Assembly (NCBI GenBank): GCA_963693365.1
Contig: CAVNZM010000008.1
Location: 3,501,572-3,565,571, forward strand
Length of the DNA: 64,000 nt
Direction: 5' to 3'
DNA from: Amoebidium appalachense
Taxonomy: Eukaryota > Protista > Ichthyosporea
Below, in pieces: positions 9,942 through 22,906 of the stretch. A program made the position numbers and the translations under genes. Numbering within the stretch: the first letter of the stretch is position 1; every line of letters begins with the position of its first letter. Under the pieces are notes generated by a model that was not told the origin of the DNA, made no database searches, and was given only the letters and a program-made list of their open reading frames with translations.

Positions 9942-12900
9942 TTAAAGGAGGATGCCGGCTCGAAGGGTGACTCAGGAGGAGGGGGAACAACTTTATTTAA
10001 CGTTAGCCACCAAAATGTCACCCGACACGATGGGGGGGGGGACCGGGACAGCACCGGTCCCACTCCCCCGACCCCCAAGAGGAAGGAAGGTCACCCCGGG
10101 TGTGAGAATGTGCAGGCAGGGGGGAGGGTGTTGGTCTAACCCGTGGATCTGACGGGTTAACCAACACCGTGGGGGGCAGGGTGGCCACAGACCTGGCCCC
10201 CCACATACATGCACTAACTCATCAGGAATTGCCCGGGGGCATTGGTGTGCCGGGGGGAGGGGGGGGTACTAAGGGTGACCGCCTATATCCGGAGGTACCT
10301 CACCCTCACCCCGAGCAGCACCGATGTAATACAGGAGGTGAAATGTTAAGTGGCACTCCGGTGAATAAGGATGCATCCACTTGTGATGGGGGTAACCCGG
10401 AGTTAGTATTGCCGTTTGGTATGAAGGAGGGGGATTGGACGGTAGAACAGAAAAAATTGTTAGCTCAGTTATTTGATAGGACTCGGTTTGCATTTCTGGC
10501 CGATGATAACGAAGTAGGCTTCGTTAAAGGGTTTGAAATGCAGATCGACACAGGTGATAATAGGCCGGTAGTGATGCCTAGCTATAGAATGGAGCAGTAT
10601 AAATTGTCGGATGCGCTAATAATAGTGAGTGATATGTTAAAAAAGGGTCATGTGGAGCATAGTTCGAGTCCGTGGAGAAGTCCGGTGCTATTGGTTAAGA
10701 AGCCCGACGGGTCTTGGCGTCTAGTGAACGATTACAGGGCTCTGAATCGGATCACTAAGGCAGACCAATGGCCTCTCCCTAACATAGACGAGCAGCTTTC
10801 ACAGCTGCACGGCTATACTCACTTTGCTAAACTTGATTTAAAAGCAGCTTTTTGGCAGATAAGGTTGGAGGAGAGCAGCAAGGAGAAGACTGCCTTTGCA
10901 CTGGGTGACCAGCTGTTCCAGTACAAGGTGGTGCCGATGGGTTTGCTCTCCTCTCCAGCTATGTTGTGCCGGGTAATGTATAAAATTCTCCACCCTCATT
11001 TGGATGTATGCCACCCTTATTTGGATGATGTTTTAATTAAAGGTAGGTCATTTGAGGAGTTAGTTAATAATTGTGAAAAAGTATTTTTAGCTTTGGGTGA
11101 GGCTGGTCTTCGTATTAGCGGTAGCAAGACTGTGATTGGTGTGCCGGAGGTTAAGTTTTTAGGTCATATTGTGTCTAGTAATGGTCTTTCCCCTGATCCG
11201 GAGAAAATCCGGGCCATAGTTGAGTGGCCCCGTCCTCAGACTGTCACTCAACTAAGGCAATTTTTAGGTTTAACTAATTATCTTCGTCGTTATATTAAGG
11301 ATTATAGTATGCTTGCTTTGCCGTTAACTAGTCAGACGGGGGGGGGAGAAGAAGAATAGAATAGATTGGAATGTTGATGCTGTTTCTGCTTTCGAAAAGC
11401 TTAAGTTAGCTTTGCAGTCTTCGAGTATGCTTGTTCATCCTGATTTTTCGGCCGGGGGGGGGATGTTTAAAGTTCGGTGTGATGCAAGTAAGGTTGCTGA
11501 GGGGGCCGTGTTATATCAAGTGCAGGAGGGGCAGGATAGAGTGATTGCTTATGCTAGTCGTTCATTTAGTAAAAGTGAACGTAGATATAGCAATCCGGAG
11601 AGAGAGTCCCATGCTATCTTTTGGGCAGTCTCACAGGCATGGAGGTATATACTCGCAGGCAGGACGTTTGAGGTCTACACCGACCACAAGCCCTGCCTAG
11701 CCATGGCCGGCACCACTCGTCTGGTCAACGAGAGGATGCAGAAGTGGGCCGCGGCTCTCGGTGAGTTCTCCTATAAATTGTTTTATGCCAAGGGTGAAAC
11801 AATGGTTGACTGTGATGCTCTCTCTCGTGCTGCTTATATTTTGTTTGAAGAAGAGAAGGAGGGGGAGGGGGGGATAGTGAGAGACGGGGGGGGGAGGGGG
11901 GAAGGGGGGGGAGAGTGAGCAGAAAGGAATAGATGCTGTGTCTGTTGATGTTTCTTCTTGGGCTCCGGGGTTGCTTGCTTATAAGTGTAGGGGAGGGGGG
12001 GGGAGGTATTTGTCAGTGTCTGAGGTCGGGACCGAGTCTCATGGCTCGGCCCCTGCCTTAGCACCTACGGCTTTGATCTTAGCTCAGGAGGAAGATGTGT
12101 TGATTGGTCTGGTTAAGAATTATTTAAAGGGGCCGGTTGATTCGATTAAATTTAAAAATAAAAGGCAGATGATTAAGGTAGCTAAGTTAGCAAAAATGTG
12201 TCAGGTAGAGCAGGATTTAGTTTATCATTGTTCTGGGCCAGACGGACACCGAGTTTGGGTCCCGACGGCACTTGTGCCTGAGGTTTTGCATATGGTGCAT
12301 GAGCATCCCATGGCTGGTCATTTAGGTGTAAATAGGACGTTGCTTCGTGTTAATCGTTCGTATTTTTGGCCGGGTATGAGTAGGGAGGTGAGGGATTATG
12401 TGTTGTCATGCATGCATTGTCAGGAACGGAATGAGAGTCCCCACTCTCGTTCCAGCCCGTCGTTTATTAGGGATTTTAATGTTCGTATGTTTGAAAGGAT
12501 AGCAGTGGATGTGGTCGGTCCTTTTAATTCTACGGTTGAGGGTAACACTGTTCTTGTTACCGTCACCGATGTGGCCACTCGTTGGGTTGAAGTTTTTCCT
12601 CTCCCCACTGCTAATGCCGTTTTGTTTGCTCGTATTTTTGTGGATGAAATTTGTCTTAGGTTTGGTTGTCCTCGTGTTTTGTTAACGGATAGGAGTCGTG
12701 TGTTTTTAAATCAGTTGGTGTCGGAGGTGTGTAAAATTTTAAGGGTAGCTCATATCACTACGTCTGCATATCACCCTCAAGCAAATGCCATCTCTGAACG
12801 TGTGCATGCAGTGTTTCAGAAGTCCTTTGGCAAAATGGTGGATGTGGAGGCTAATGATTGGGATCATATGTCTAGGTTTATTGCTCATTCATATAATTCT

Positions 12901-13869
12901 ACCCCTCATGCTGTGACTGGTTTTTCTCCGTTTTATTTGGTCTATGGGCAGGAGGCTATTAGTTTGTTAGATACGGCACTTTTGCCGATGGGGGGGGCTG
13001 ACCGACTAACTTATCCCCACTGGACTGAGTTCCGGGAGCAGCTACTAACCCGGGCCCGGGCTGCACGTGATGCAGCTCTGGCCCGTACACAGCAGGCACA
13101 GGCACGTACAGACGTGTCCACACGTCCGTTACGTGAATTTGCCGAGGGTACTTTAGTTTTAATTAGGGATCATACTAGGAAAAAGAGATATAAGCAGGAG
13201 CAGGAAGGTAAGGGTGAAGGTGAAGGTCTTCGTAAGTATGGTAAGAAATGGTTGCCTCTTTTTATCGGTCCGTATAAAATAGTGGCTAGGTTAGGTCCGA
13301 CGGAATATAAGGTGCAGAGGTTAGATAATGAGAGTGATGTTAGATTTTATAATGTAGATGATATAAAGGAATATTATGATAGGGCCCTTAGGGTTAAACG
13401 GCCGGAGGGCCGTCGAGTGTTAGATGCATTCACCCCCGACTATGACGGGTCGGTGGATGTATCGGAGGCTGCAGTAGATAAAATTATGGATAAAAAGGTT
13501 ATCGAAGGTAAGGAAGGTAAGGTAAATTATTATTTAATTCGTTTTGAGGGAGGTTATCAGGAAGATCAGTGGTTGCCTGAGTTTCATTTGGATTGCCCGT
13601 TTTCTATTCGTGCTTATGAGGCTAGATTAGTGCAGAGGGAGTTGCCTAGTGCTTCCTCTCGGCCAAAGAGAGTTATTCCTCAGTTTAATCGTGGTGTGAA
13701 AAAGTCGGTGGGGGAGGGGGCCGGGGGGGGAGTGATGCAAATACACGTAGACACACGGGGGGAGGGGGAGGGAGGGGAGGAGACCGAGGAGGAGTGTGAA
13801 CGTAGTCGTAGGAATTTAATTTATTATCATAGGTGTCTCCGTAGGTATCAAGCTTATGGTGTAGATTAA
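9942..13869 (+). CDS. pol: RT-RNase H-integrase-chromodomain polyprotein, copy 2 (frame breaks fall in G homopolymers)
   Basis: ORFs 10169-11359, 11412-11918 and 11938-13869. YLDD; integrase zinc finger (HEHPMAGH...CMHC); core IAVDVVGPF...LTDR...ANAISERVH; GPY motif (FIGPYKI); chromodomain VDKIMDKKV...YYLIRFEGGYQEDQWLPEFHL. Confidence 0.92.
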
Positions 13870-13985
13870 TTTATTATTTTTCTTCGTAATTTATTTAATT
13901 TAATTTTTTTTTAGGAGACTGATTAGTCTATGTCTTTTTAGGGGGTGTTAGATGTAATGTGACTGAGGTGGGACTCAGCTTTTCC

Positions 13986-14002
13986 GGGGGCCGGGGGGGG
14001 AG
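13986..14002 (+). promoter_or_regulatory. Polypurine tract (plus-strand primer site)
   Basis: GGGGGCCGGGGGGGGAG just before the 3' LTR TG at 14004. Confidence 0.7.
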
Positions 14003-14003
14003 T

Positions 14004-14352
14004 TGACATATACTAATCCGTCTCAGCAGATTAGCCTAAGTCTACGATCGAGATCGGGGGGGGGGGGGGGGGGGGTGTAGCTTGTCGTATCCTATTATAT
14101 GTGTACTAGAGACGCGGCACTCTACTAAGTGCACACACGAAAAGGAACGAACGTGTACAGAAAAACGGTAAAGTTTATTCAGACCAGGCTCCGACGGGCA
14201 AACTTAGACTCATTCCGTTCGGATCTAAGTTTGCCCGTCGGAGCCTGGTCTGAATAAACTTTACCGTTATTCTGTACACGTTCGTTCCTTTTCGTGTGTG
14301 TACACTTAGTAGAGTGCCGCGTCTCTAGTACACATATAATAGGATACGACAA
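14004..14352 (+). repeat. Rearranged 3' LTR containing a long inverted repeat (arms 14082-14208 and 14224-14352)
   Basis: First ~50 nt plus G-run match the LTR start. Next comes the reverse complement of the LTR 3' end, a 15-nt loop, and the same segment forward. Confidence 0.9.
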
Positions 14353-15064
14353 CCTGTATGCCTATACGGGTTTTATAACTAAATTAAATAAAAAATGCAA
14401 AAATTTGTGCTGCTGAAATGCCATAGGCCCACATGTTATCTTTAGAGGCCATCTCTATTTCAAACTGATGATGCTGTGTTTCTGTGCGACGTCGTAAACC
14501 GTACAATGTATTTAAGCCCCCTCCCCACCACCCCAACCCCCCTCTTCCTTCCCCCTCCCCCCTCCCCCCGCCCCCTCGCCCCTACCCCAACCATCCACCC
14601 CACCCCTCCTCCCTCCCCCCTTCCCCCCTCCCCCGTGGTCCCCTTCCGCCCCTTCTCTCTCTTCAAGAAGTTCAGGTTGGCCCCTTCCAACACCACCACC
14701 CACCACAGTTTTTTCCCTTGTGCTCAGTAATATGCACTTCATACCATACCCCCAATCTCCCCCCTTCCCCCCTTCCCTAACCCCCCCGCCCCCCCCCCCC
14801 CCCCCCCTCCCCCGCCCCGCCCGCCCCAGTACCCCTCTTCAATCCCTACCCTAAATCGCAAACATCCCCCCCCCCCCCACACACACACACACACACGCAC
14901 ACCCTCCCCCCCTCCTCCTATCCCTTCCCCCCCCCCCCCCCCCCCCATCCCCCCCGCCCTCCCATCGCTCTCCTGACGGAAATTGTGCCCTGCACGACTT
15001 GACCTTTAACAGGGTTAATGATGCATAAGGCCTTCTCCGAAGTACCTATCATCCCACCCCCTAC

Positions 15065-15771
<707 letters not shown>

Positions 15772-15902
15772 GCACACGTGTTCTTGGAGGAAACATACAT
15801 GGCCACTTTCCGGCAGCAGACTGCTCTTATCACTGAGAGGGCAAAATCCAGCCCGCGGGGAAGGACACCCTAGGCAATCTCGATTATCCCCGGGGTGTGG
15901 TG

Positions 15903-15945
<43 letters not shown>

Positions 15946-15962
15946 CCCCCACCCCACCTCTA

Positions 15963-16013
<51 letters not shown>

Positions 16014-16017
16014 CCTC

Positions 16018-16062
<45 letters not shown>

Positions 16063-16303
16063 CCCTTGTCACACGACATTTCCGGGAACTTTTTGCCTAA
16101 ACGTCTCCCTACACTGCGGAAAACACCGCTTACTTTTAATTCCTTAAAAAATATAGTTGTGTCTACTGCTCTGGCTCTTTATAGGGGGGGCTTTTTAGGA
16201 TGTTTAGGTGGTTATGTGTCTCTCGACAAGAACTCTGCTCTATGTTGAATATCGTCAGTAGAGTGACCCTGCCTTCCACTCGCATGAATCCCCCCCCCCC
16301 TCT

Positions 16304-16337
<34 letters not shown>

Positions 16338-16599
16338 CCTGCACCCTCGTTACTACGTAAAGGGGGTTTTAGGGGACGATAATCTGAAGTTCTTTTACTA
16401 AATGATCTTTAACTAGTACCCAATTATAAAAACTTGAAACGAGCAGCTATTTGATACGCACTAATGATGCATTGTATACCTATTTGAGAAGTGGTGGAAG
16501 TAGGGTTTGAGGAGGTGAAACAATGGCAATTGTTGGGGACTAAAAATCAGAGGTTTTATGTGCAAGCCAAATGGGAAACCGTGCTGCCCCCCACGCGAA

Positions 16600-16880
16600 T
16601 TGACTGGTCGCACCCTGACACTAAAGCAGAGGTCAACAGGGTCTTCCAAGGGCTTTTGAAAGAGAGGGAGCAGGAACTTTGGGCAGCCATATACCGTTTC
16701 ATGACCACAAGGGATGCCAACCTCAGCCTGCATAGAAGCACCCCAATCGACATGGGAGAATACCTCCCAGGGTTCATTAACGAGAAGGGCGGCGCACTTG
16801 ACAACTTTGAGTTTCCGTCGACCCTGGAATTGTGTGGACGGGCAGAACGACGGGGTGCAGGAACCGGGGGGGGGTGGAGA

Positions 16881-16912
<32 letters not shown>

Positions 16913-18200
16913 ACTTGGAAGTTCGGAATTGCAGGGGGGGCAACCTCCGGGCTTGACGGGGCCGAGTGGAAGTTGTCGGGGGAGCCGGGTCGGATGGGAG
17001 TGACGTTGCCAGGGGCAGGATGGATGTCGGCAGGCTGGACGGGCACGGGAGCAGGGGGGCCGGTGGGGGGAGGTGTCGGTGGAACGACAACGGCAGAAGG
17101 GGGGCCAGAGTACACCAGGCAAACGTCATCTTCAGTGTCAACGGTGGGGGGTGGGGTGGTCGAGGTGGCAGTGGTGTCGGGGGTCGGTAGTGTTGATGGG
17201 ATTTCGGACGGGAGATAAGCTGATTCGTCGAAAATCACGTCACGGAAGAGGCCGACACGATGGGTGGTGGAGTTGAAGATCCGGTGGCAGTGTGATTGTA
17301 GATCATAGCCAATATACATGCCGAGTTTGACTGTGGGGGCCAGCTTGTTCCGTTTGGAGGCTGGCACGTGAGTGTAGGCAGGGCAACCAAACACTTTGCG
17401 CTCGAAGATGTCGGGCTTGACAACGTAGAAAACCTCGAACGGAGTACGACCCTTGGCAGCCGTGGACGGGGTGACGTTGATGATCCCAGGGTGACTTCCA
17501 GATGCGAAAAATATCTCACAGGCTCGTTTTATCGACAAGGAGGGAACCCTATTTATTTGTAGCCAATAAGGTTGGCCATGCCCATGCTGCCAGCCTGCCA
17601 CATGCTGGGTGTTCCCCCATTTCCCCTCCGAGTCCCCGCCATCCGGTATCCGGTTGTTTTCCCGTCTCCCGTGCACCGTAACACACGTGCATGCAACACC
17701 TAGTCTTTCGTTGATCGCGAGCTCGAGGCTCCTTCTTTGCCATATCCAGCGCCTGCAACCACGGCAATACACCACACTGAGGCACACACACTGGTCAAAC
17801 AACACCCCCTTCTGCCCCGCCCTCCTGCACTATGTACACCTATCTTTTTCCCGCCAGTTGAAAGCTTAACACTATATGTGAGCGGCTTTGCACATGTCCA
17901 CACTCTTTACCTGGCACACCGTGACACATGTACACTCACTATGCAACATGACACACTGAGCCCTGAACACTGAAGTCTCCTTTACGCACATTCACACGGT
18001 GGTATACGTAGGCCATTTCATCCACAAAAACCACAAACCACACCTCCTTACCACTCTTGACCCATGCAAACACCGTGTACACGTGCACTTCAAGTTCTTT
18101 TTTAAATAAAATGTCACGTCGTAGTACGGTACGAAACAAATCACATGGACATAGTTTAGGAGTCATTGCCCCCCGGACGAGTAGCCAGGTAGCACAATCT
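16600..18200 (-). mobile_element. Degenerate Ty1/Copia fragment (integrase core/C-terminal region and start of RT)
   Basis: Minus-strand TPFEVFY...KVFGCPAYTHVPASKRNKLAP...MYIGYD...RIFN...RDVIFDES is the Copia integrase C-terminal signature. Upstream FVVFVDE-like fragment; downstream EP...W.ASMQAE-like RT start (IN-before-RT order). Boundaries approximate. Confidence 0.8.
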
Positions 18201-18446
18201 TTTGTTCTTTTCTATGCATGCACCCTAGACGGTGGTTCCCACCCGGGAAATGTTAATTTTGTATGGGTAAACGGAGAAGCAGAGTGCACAGATGAGTGTT
18301 ATGATATACACAACACACAGACACACAGGAAAAACACAACCGGAGACGTGGAACGGTTTCAGAGACGACTTGAAATGTTTTTAACTGCTTGATATTTATT
18401 TCAAGATGAAGTTCTTTTAATACACAGAGATGTAGAGCCGACGTCA

Positions 18447-18537
18447 TGCTAAGCCAATCAAAAGAACGAAAACTAAGAGGGCAAATAAATTTGCTAAGCC
18501 AATAAAAAGGACGAAAGCTATGAGGGCAAATAAATTG
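18447..18537. repeat. Two-copy ~45-bp tandem repeat containing CCAAT
   Basis: GCTAAGCCAATCAAAAGAACGAAAACTAAGAGGGCAAATAAATT followed by GCTAAGCCAATAAAAAGGACGAAAGCTATGAGGGCAAATAAATT. Confidence 0.75.
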
Positions 18538-19203
18538 AAATACCTGTCGACACATCAATACTAATACTATAGAGCGCCCCCAAGTACTTAGGAAGAAGTT
18601 CGTATTTTGGATATATTAGTATATCCCAGTGTAATAGCTCAGATGCTGTATCAGCATCAGTGTGTATCATGTAATAAAGGTGTCGCGTCGATTAAGTTTT
18701 GAAATTTTATGATCTAGGTTGCAGAAAAATGTGTATCGGTATGCATTCTCTAAGACCGTACGTGGTGCGCCTCCTTGCGCACTTTCTTCTTAAAAATATC
18801 TAGAAACCATATCTGAAGTTCTTTACTCACACTTAGAAAAGGGGTATAAATTATCTAATTCAGAACTGTCTCCGTAGGACAAAATTAGCGGGTCATGCGC
18901 CGAACGCACGCTCACGGACCCAGGTCGCATGAGCGGCGCACATGGCTCCATGGGGTCCGTGTGCCGCTTGCATGCGCATGCACCTGTAAGGCACGACTCA
19001 GTAGCAAGGTTTTGAAAAGTTATCCAGCTGTACTTATTTATTTTTTGTAAGGCGGGCCGTGCAATCAACACAAGCTCTGAGGGTTTACGTCCGCATTTCT
19101 GCAAATTCCAAATTTTGGTCGCTAGATTTACCAATAAAGTCATATAAAATGGCGCTGCACGGGTCAATGCCGTCAGTTTTCACTAGACAGAATTTGTAGT
19201 ACT

Positions 19204-20260
19204 GTGGAGAGCAGTTTGGTAGTACAAAACTCTTCTTCAAGGTCTGCAATGGCCATCGTTGCTGTGTTGTGGCATCTTCTAGCCGAAATTATGGCGCAGA
19301 CGCCGCCACTCTCCGCCTACCTGGAGTACGACGTGAATAATTACAAGACTGATGTGTGCCACGCACAGTGTCTACTTTCTTTACAAATTACACGTTTCTC
19401 ACATGTCAACTCCCAACAAACCGTTTCCCTGTTCACAGTTCTAGGTTATGATAACGTTGAGTGCATGCACATGCTGTGGCGTACCCTTGACAACCCTGCG
19501 CTTGTCGGCCCTCTGTTGTACCTTGCGGGAAGTGAAATGTATGAAGTCTTTGGAATTGGGAAACTTGGACACAATGCATCATTTGCACAAAATGAGGATC
19601 TTGATTTTCACGCACACACACTCCAAAAATTATCTGCCCGTGCACTTGACACTGCTAAAGACATACACGAGGCATTCACCAACACATATGGCATCTCTCA
19701 CCACTATGCACAAAAACCAGACATCACAGGCTTTGCGTCAGGCTTTTACACTTGCACACCCACTCGGCACACACCTACAACACCAAATTGCCTTAATTGA
19801 ATCTGCTCGTGCAAATCTTCTGCAAGCCATTAAAAGCCAGACCTGCTGCGTGCCTTTTTGTTTGAGTATTTTATGACAAGCGAATATGTACCTAAAGTGT
19901 CTGCCTCCTATACGTACAGTTCAGTTGATGGTGAAGTAAAAGAGGTTGACCAGGACTTTTCTGTTGGTTTATTTGACGCACTCTGCTCCATGACACAAAC
20001 CAAGTTAAGGATCTGGACTGGACACCCTTTATGAACCGCCTAAAACCCCGCCACTTAGTACTCCTGGACCAGCCAAACCACACCAGAACACTGGATATCC
20101 TGTATGAAGAGACATACACAGGATACAACTTATACAAGTTGCAAGAGCCTGCAGATGTTTTTGCACACAACAGCGAATGGAAACTGGAAAACGTTAAGCT
20201 GTCACAACAGAAGGTCTGTAGTTTTTGCACCTCACGCCAGTGTTGCCATGTTATGATATA
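19204..20260 (+). pseudogene. Possible fragmented intronless coding remnant of unknown family
   Basis: Microsatellite-free stretch with protein-like ORF pieces 19204-19800 and 20031-20384. No motif recognised. Confidence 0.25.
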
Positions 20261-20716
20261 TCTTGTGCCTATAAATTTTTCATCCAAATACACTCTATGT
20301 TCTCTTCTCTTCCGCTTCAAATTCTGTGCACATGTCCCATGCAAGCCCCGCCCCAACGGGGCGGGGGGTACCTGTATTTACTAGTAGAAGATAAATCGTG
20401 ATCTTCTAATGAAAGCACGGAAACATTTACTAAAGCTAAATAAATGAAACCACATATATATCTATTATTCACATCATATATTTATACATGTTCCTAACAT
20501 AAACACGTCTAAACATAAGTATTCCTAATAGCTGGGGAACATAGAGCAATTCTACGTTGTGGGAAAAGAAGTAAAAGGAATGAGGATAGAAAGGAATGGA
20601 ATGGGAAAGGAATCGAGTGGAATAAAGGAGGAATGTAGGTTTCTATATTTGGGGAAATTAAACGAGATCTGATTGGACAACTATCGGACACGAACGCACC
20701 ATGTAAATTTAGTAAT

Positions 20717-21304
20717 GGGCCGCTTCACCTCGGGGCTAGATTTAGAAATGCGGCAAATCTAGAAGTTCTAAATTGACAATTTAGAACGTTCTAAATTGTT
20801 CCGGTTCGCACAGGTATGATTTAGATAATTTAGAAACTCTACATTGTTTCTTGCTTTGTTTAATAAATAAATGTAAAAACTTAACACTGAGACTGTGATA
20901 AATATTTTATAAGCTTACAAATATGCATATTAATATTTTTTGCAAGGTTTATATATACGTATCGCTGAAAGCTTCATAACAAAACAGAAGACAGAAACTA
21001 CAGCATAGCACAGGTATGCAAAAAAACCCTTTTGGACCAATGATCTTCAATAAGGTCATTGATTGGTCTAGACAAAATGCAGCCGACCAATCGGAAATCA
21101 GTTCAATTTCTAGATTGGCTCCAGACATCTGGAAGACCCCCCCTCCCCCCTCTTCCAGATTGCGACATCTGGAAGATGGGCATCCAGATTCTAGACCCTG
21201 ATGGAATGCATTAAATTTAAAGCGATCGATCGGAGTGGACATTTTTTAACGCTAATTATCTAGATTCCCATTATCTAAATTCTAGCCCCCACGTGAAGCG
21301 GCCC
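20717..21304. mobile_element. Non-autonomous DNA transposon (MITE), PIF/Harbinger-like, 588 bp
   Basis: TIRs GGGCCGCTTCACCTCGGGGCTAGA.../...TCTAGCCCCCACGTGAAGCGGCCC. 3-bp AAT TSD at 20714-20716 and 21305-21307. Internal TCTAGA/TTTAGA subrepeats; no transposase. Confidence 0.85.
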
Positions 21305-22141
21305 AATTAGTAAAGACGCAAACGACATTACATGTACGTGGGCCAAGTGGCTCGGTGTGTACACAGATCAACGATATCTGTGCACACGGAAACGGGAAAG
21401 AAAGAAAGGAAAAAAGGAAAAGAAAACAAACAACAACAAACTAATAAACATATGTATAACTCAACTTCTATGGTCTTGCCGTTATCCATGTGAACATGAC
21501 AGGAAAGGGGACTGTAGTTGTGGTTGGCATTTATAGTGCACTGAAGTTCACTTTGCTTATCAGGGCAAACACTTTTTAGCTGTATAGCAATTAATTATAC
21601 TGGTACATTTGCGCTACATAGTCACACCGAATCACCTTGTCACAACACCCTGCAGAAAGAACACTTTACAATCAGCAGCATTTTCCTTTCCCCCCTCCCA
21701 GCATGCTTCCCCCCTCAGGCCGACGGTGGGCTAAGCCTTCTTCATCTGAGTGCCATGCTAGTACACCTCCTCTCTGCTGAGCACAGTAGTAGTAGGCTAG
21801 TAACAGTGCAGCGCTAGCGCGTGCACGCCGTAACGGTTGCATATGTGACAGCATTGTTTTGGACTACTAGGCGGTTGGCTTGCCGCAAAGCAGCGAGCCA
21901 CGCAACTATGAGGCTCTGGTGTGTATATCCCACACATGTAGTTTTGTGATGTGTGGCCCAGAAGTTACACCGTACTGCTAGGGGTGGCTATTCCAGGAGT
22001 CATACAAATATGTACAACAGTCTCTGTTGCCGAGGAGAAAGGCAGCTATGTGGCGCAATGTGTGGAAGCGTGTATATATAGATAAATAATTAGTTATGTG
22101 TGCGGGGCCATCATGAGTGAATGTAAGCCTTGTGCTCCTAG

Positions 22142-22259
<118 letters not shown>

Positions 22260-22857
22260 GTGCCCACACACACCGTGCCCACACGCGCATATGCCGCGAC
22301 CCAAAAACTGTGCACAAATGTACACTGTTTGACATGTACATGATGGTGCGTGTGCACACACACATTGTCTCACACACACACGGTACATCCACTGTGCTTA
22401 ACTCTCATGCCACCTGAGCTACAAACAAGTAATCACCTTACTACGGTACCTGTTTTTTTTTTAAAAAAAAAAGAAAGAAAATTCCGTGCTTGATTTGATA
22501 TTGTGCTGCTGGTGGTGGCTGGAGAGCGCGGGGGGTGGGGGGGGGGGGGGGGGGGGGGGGGGGGACGACAGCATTGCCCTGAAGGCAATCAGGTACATCG
22601 TAGGCAAAAATCTATCAAGGGGCCAACCAGCACGATTTCAACAGTCGGGTTTTTCCTCTATGGTCACCCGGGTGGTGATTAACTACTGTGTATGCCACGC
22701 AGATGTAGACGGTTGTTTTCCCGTATATATTTCCAATACAAGTGGAATTAATGTACCACAGCATTTGTCTATGGTAGGGGCGGGATAGGCAAGATGAGGC
22801 AACGCAAGGAGGGGAGGATGGGGGGGGGGGGGGGGGGGGTTGGATGGGTGTTTTTTT

Positions 22858-22906
<49 letters not shown>

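Larger units (their letters stand above)
6113..14352 (+). mobile_element. Near full-length chromodomain-containing Ty3/Gypsy LTR retrotransposon, copy 2 (LTR-gag-PR-dUTPase-like-RT-RH-IN-chromo-rearranged LTR)
   Basis: 5' LTR from 6113, gag 6987-8321, pol pieces 8322-13869 in Gypsy order (PR-RT-RH-IN), polypurine tract 13986-14002, 3' LTR restarting at 14004. Confidence 0.95.

Noticed and set aside
10115-11935. Programmed frameshifts inside RT/RH/IN of copy 2
   Set aside because: The breaks coincide with G homopolymers whose length differs between the two copies.
14004-14352. DIRS-like inverted terminal repeat architecture
   Set aside because: The element encodes a DDE integrase and protease and no tyrosine recombinase; the palindrome is better explained by local fold-back.
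16491-17003. Plus-strand 170-aa ORF as a host gene
   Set aside because: It lies antisense to the decayed Copia IN-RT region and has no ATG start or recognisable domain.
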